Assembly (NCBI GenBank): GCA_963790305.1
Contig: CAWBOC010000004.1
Coordinates: forward strand, 10,476 to 74,475
Source of the DNA: an uncultured Gemmatimonadaceae bacterium
Lineage (GTDB): Bacteria; Gemmatimonadota; Gemmatimonadetes; Gemmatimonadales; Gemmatimonadaceae
DNA: 64,000 nt
Direction: 5' to 3'
Below the pieces are notes generated by a model. The model was not told the DNA's origin and did not search any database. It saw only the letters and a program-made list of their open reading frames with translations. The first letter of the stretch is position 1, and each line of letters begins with the position of its first letter. Positions 60,547 to 64,000 of this stretch are shown one piece after another. Both the position numbers and the translations under genes were made by a program.

Positions 60547-61283
60547 TCACCCTCGACGCAACGCCCCGCGGACCCGCTCAAGCCCGTTGATGATGACGGT
60601 TTCCATCGCCGGCCTGGCACCCGCCGACATCACCGCGGCGGATGGCGTCCACGATACGCCGATGCGAAGCCTGCGCGTCATGGACGGTCTTGATGTCCGC
60701 CGTCGGCGAGGACAGCTTGAACACCCCGACAAGTGCCGCCTCGATCAGGCTGCCGACCGAGCGCATAAAGGGATTGCCCGACGCCTCCGCCACGGCCAGG
60801 TGGAACCGCAGGTCGGCCATGGCGTGACTTTCGGCACTGTGGTTCTCGTCCCCCATATCCGTCGCCAGTCGCTCAAGCGTGGCGAATCCTTTACGGGTAG
60901 CGCGCTCCGCGGCCAATCCCGCCGCGTAAGGCTCGAAGGCGAGCCGAATTTCGGAGAGATGGACAAGGAACGCCTCGTCGATTCCGGTCTCGAAATGCCA
61001 GTTGAGGATATCGGGGTCGAACAGGCTCCAGGTCTCGCGGCTGGTGACACGCGTGCCGATGCGGGCGCGCGGCACGATCAGACCCTTCGCCGCCAACGTC
61101 TTCAAGGCCTCGCGCAGAACCGTGCGCGAAACGCCGAAACGCGCGATCAGCTCCGCATCGCCCGGAAGCGTCGAGCCGCTGGGGATGGCACCGGAAACGA
61201 TATCCCGCCGAGCAAATCGACGATCTAGCATGATTGGTGCGCCACCGTTAGCCCGGGATGACTGTCTGAAGCAGGCCCATCAT
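60547..61283 (-). CDS. FadR/GntR-family regulator (frameshifted at both ends)
   Basis: LPGDAELIARFGVSRTVLREALKTLAAKGL, WSLFDPDILNW, ADLRFHLAVAEASGN. Confidence 0.88.
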
Positions 61284-61441
61284 GGTTCAGTCGCCATCCT
61301 AGATCGCTTGCAAACTCGTGCCTGTGACGGTCAGATCAGCAGACGGCCATAGAGACCCGGTGCGGAGCGGAAATCAGTACTTGAGCACATGAAGCGCTCA
61401 AGTCGCCGCTAAATGACCGAGGCGTAGAGGTTGATCTCTTT

Positions 61442-63255
61442 CTAGTGGTTGTCGCGCGGAATCCCCATGGTCTGGGCGATCCGCTGGTACTTCACCGCCG
61501 GCTCCAGCACCGCGCCGGTCTCGAGCTGGCCGACAAGGCCGCGCTGGATTTCCTGCCACGGCGTCTGGTGGGCGGGGTAGTGGTAGCCGCCCGCCGCCTC
61601 CAGCTCGGCGCGGCGCTGCGCCAGCTCCTCGTCGGCGACCAGCAGGTCAGCGCGCCCTTGAGGTCGAGCGCACCCGGTCGCCGGTCCGCAGGATGGCGAG
61701 GCCGCCGCCCGCGGCCGCCTCCGGCGAGGCGTTGAGGATCGAGGGCGAGCCCGAGGTGCCCGACTGGCGGCCGTCGCCGATGCAAGGCAGCGATGATGCC
61801 CCGCTTCAGCAGGTAGTCGGGCGCGCGCATGTTCACGACCTCGGCCGCGCCCGGATAGCCCTTCGGCCCGGCGCCGCGCATGAACAGCATGGTTTCTCGT
61901 CGATGGCGAGGGCGGGGTCGTCGATGCGGTGGTGGTAGTCCTCCGGCCCGTCGAACACCACCGCCCGCCCCTCGAACGCGTTCGGGATCGCCGGGTTGGA
62001 GAGGTAGCGCTCGCGGAACTCCGGCGAGATCACGCTCATCTTCATCATCGCGGAGTGGAAGAGGTTGCCGCTCAGCACCCGGAAGCCGGCGCGCTCCTTC
62101 AGCGGCCGGTCGAAGGGGCGGATGACACGTCTCGTCGATGATGATCGCGCCGCGGCAGTTCTCGCCGACGGTCTTGCCGTTGACGGTCATCGCGTCCTCG
62201 TCGATCAGGCCCTGCTCGATCAGCTGGCCGACCACCGCCGGCACGCCGCCGGCGTGGTAGTAGTCCTCGCCGAGATACTCGCCGGCCGGCTGCAGGTTGA
62301 CGAGCAGCGGGATCTCCTCGCCGTAGGTCTGCCAGTCCTCGATCGTCAGCTCGACGCCGAGGTGCCGGGCGATGGCGTTGAGGTGGATCGGCGCGTTGGT
62401 CGAGCCGCCGATCGCCGAGTTGACCCGGATCGCGTTGATGAAGGCTTCGCGCGTCATGATGTCGGAGGGCTTCAGGTCCTCGTGCACGATCTCGACGGTG
62501 CGCATGCCGGTGCGCTAGGCCATCTCCTGGCGGTCGCGGTAGGGCGCCGGGATCGCGGCCGAGCCGGGCAGCTGCATGCCGAGCGCCTCGGCGAGCGAGT
62601 TCATCGTCGAGGCGGTGCCCATGGTGTTGCAGTAGCCGGTCGAGGGCGCCGAGGAGGCGACGAGGTCGATGAAGCCGGCGTAGTCGATCTCGCCCTTGGC
62701 CATCATCTCGCGCGCCTTCCACACGATGGTGCCCGAGCCGGTGCGCTCGCCGCGGAACCAGCCGTTCAGCATCGGCCCGACCGAGAGCGCGATCGCCGGG
62801 ATGTTGACCGTCGCGGCGGCCATCAGGCAGGCGGGCGTGGTCTTGTCGCAGCCGATGGTCAGCACCACGCCGTCGAGCGGATAGCCGTAGAGCACCTCGA
62901 CGAGGCCGAGATAGGTGAGGTTGCGGTCGAGCGCCGGCGGTCGGGCGCTTGCCGGTCTCCTGGATCGGGTGGACCGGGAACTCGATCGCGATGCCGCCGG
63001 CCTCGCGGATGCCGTCGCGGACCCGCTTGGCGAGCTCGAGATGGTGGCGGTTGCAGGGCGAGAGGTCGGAGCCGGTCTGGGCGATGCCGATGATCGGCTT
63101 GCCCGACTGGAGCTCCTCGCGGCTGATGCCGTAGTTCAGGTAGCGCTCGAGGTAGAGCGCGGTCATGTCGGGGTTGGCCGGGTTGTCGAACCAGGCCTGC
63201 GACCTGAGCTTCAGCTTGGTTCGGGTGGATGTGCTCCGTTTCCTGGCTTTTTCAT
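61442..63255 (-). CDS. IlvD/Edd-family sugar-acid dehydratase (L-arabonate dehydratase-like); frameshifts and one in-frame stop
   Basis: [54 protein letters not shown]-terminal PRDNH. Confidence 0.9.
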
Positions 63256-63289
63256 CGCTTGGTTTCCTGGCGTTTCCCGATGGTTCTCG

Positions 63290-64000
63290 TTAGTCTTCGA
63301 AGGGTTCGGCGAACTCGTGCCGACCTACCATGAAAACGTCGGCGACATGGCGCAGGGCGCTGACGTCGACATCGCTTGCCGCCCTGTTGATCAATCCGGC
63401 GAAATGCTTGTAGATGGCGGCATATTGAACGTCGCCGCCGTCCACGACCAATTCTGCCGTTGATAACGAGTTTGGCTCCGCCGGATCGCAGCAGCAGTTC
63501 GGCGTCATCGGTGATGACGCGGATATCCCAGGTCTGCGGACCGGTCTGGCGCCAGTCGAAGGTCGCGGTGGCGCGATTCCGCCGGCACTATCGGCGAAGA
63601 TCAGGTCGGCAGCGATGGGCTGGGCGCGATTTTGCGGGAACAGCAGCGTTGCAGAAGTGAGGAACACCGGCATCGGCAGGATCTCGGTGACGATCGACAG
63701 CGCGTTGATGCCCGGATCGAACACGCCGAACCCACCCGGTTCCCAAATCCACGCCTGGCCCGGATGCCACTTGCGCACATCCTCCTTCCAGTCGACGCGC
63801 ATGGAACGGATCGTGCGGTCAGCCAACCATTCCTTCGCCTTGGCCACGCCGGCGGCGAAACGCAAATGCCCGGTCGCGAAGAGCGTCACGTCCTCTCGCG
63901 CCGCCGTGGCGATCAGGTCGTGGAGCTCGCTCACCGTCGCGCCCGGCGGCTTTTCCAAGAGCACATGCTTGCCGCGCTTCAAGGCCGTCAGCGCGGCTGC
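63290..64000 (-). CDS. Gfo/Idh/MocA oxidoreductase (galactose/arabinose 1-dehydrogenase-like), 5' partial, frameshifted
   Basis: HVLLEKPPGATVSE, WKEDVRKWHPGQAWIWEPGGFGVFDPGINALS. Confidence 0.9.
   Translation of the reverse strand, partial: AAALTALKRGKHVLLEKPPGATVSELHDLIATAAREDVTLFATGHLRFAAGVAKAKEWLADRTIRSMRVDWKEDVRKWHPGQAWIWEPGGFGVFDPGINALSIVTEILPMPVFLTSATLLFPQNRAQPIAADLIFADSAGGIAPPRPSTGARPVRRPGISASSPMTPNCCCDPAEPNSLSTAELVVDGGDVQYAAIYKHFAGLINRAASDVDVSALRHVADVFMVGRHEFAEPFED

Noticed and set aside
62515..62517. In-frame TAG as pyrrolysine or readthrough
   Set aside because: The gene has several other errors and there are no pyl genes; a base-call error is more likely

Overview
High-GC bacterial sequence, apparently from a long-read assembly: at least 15 conserved genes are split by single-base frameshifts. 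Bases 1 to ~58,755 have a gene repertoire typical of Gemmatimonadota (inferred from content): Hanks kinases with PD40/TolB propellers, an ECF43-type sigma factor, wHTH- and SARP-TPR regulators, PadR plus ADOP permease, DUF5916, TonB plug-only lipoproteins and many small orphan genes. At ~58,755 a TonB-dependent receptor breaks off and the sequence switches to Alphaproteobacteria (Rhizobiales)-like DNA: SH3 protein with a CtrA-like box, EamA, FadR, IlvD/Edd dehydratase, Gfo/Idh/MocA. This is probably a chimeric join. No rRNA, tRNA, CRISPR array, transposase or integrase was seen. Most notable: (1) a CarH/LitR B12 photoreceptor cluster with visible 11-bp direct-repeat operators but no carotenoid genes; (2) an ECF43-type sigma whose coupled partner lacks the kinase domain; (3) two vanadium haloperoxidase-like genes, each divergent from a DNA-binding TPR regulator; (4) an aldo-keto reductase/P-loop kinase/HAD fusion; (5) dispersed palindromes with 9-bp periodic arms; (6) attC-like scars around orphan genes.
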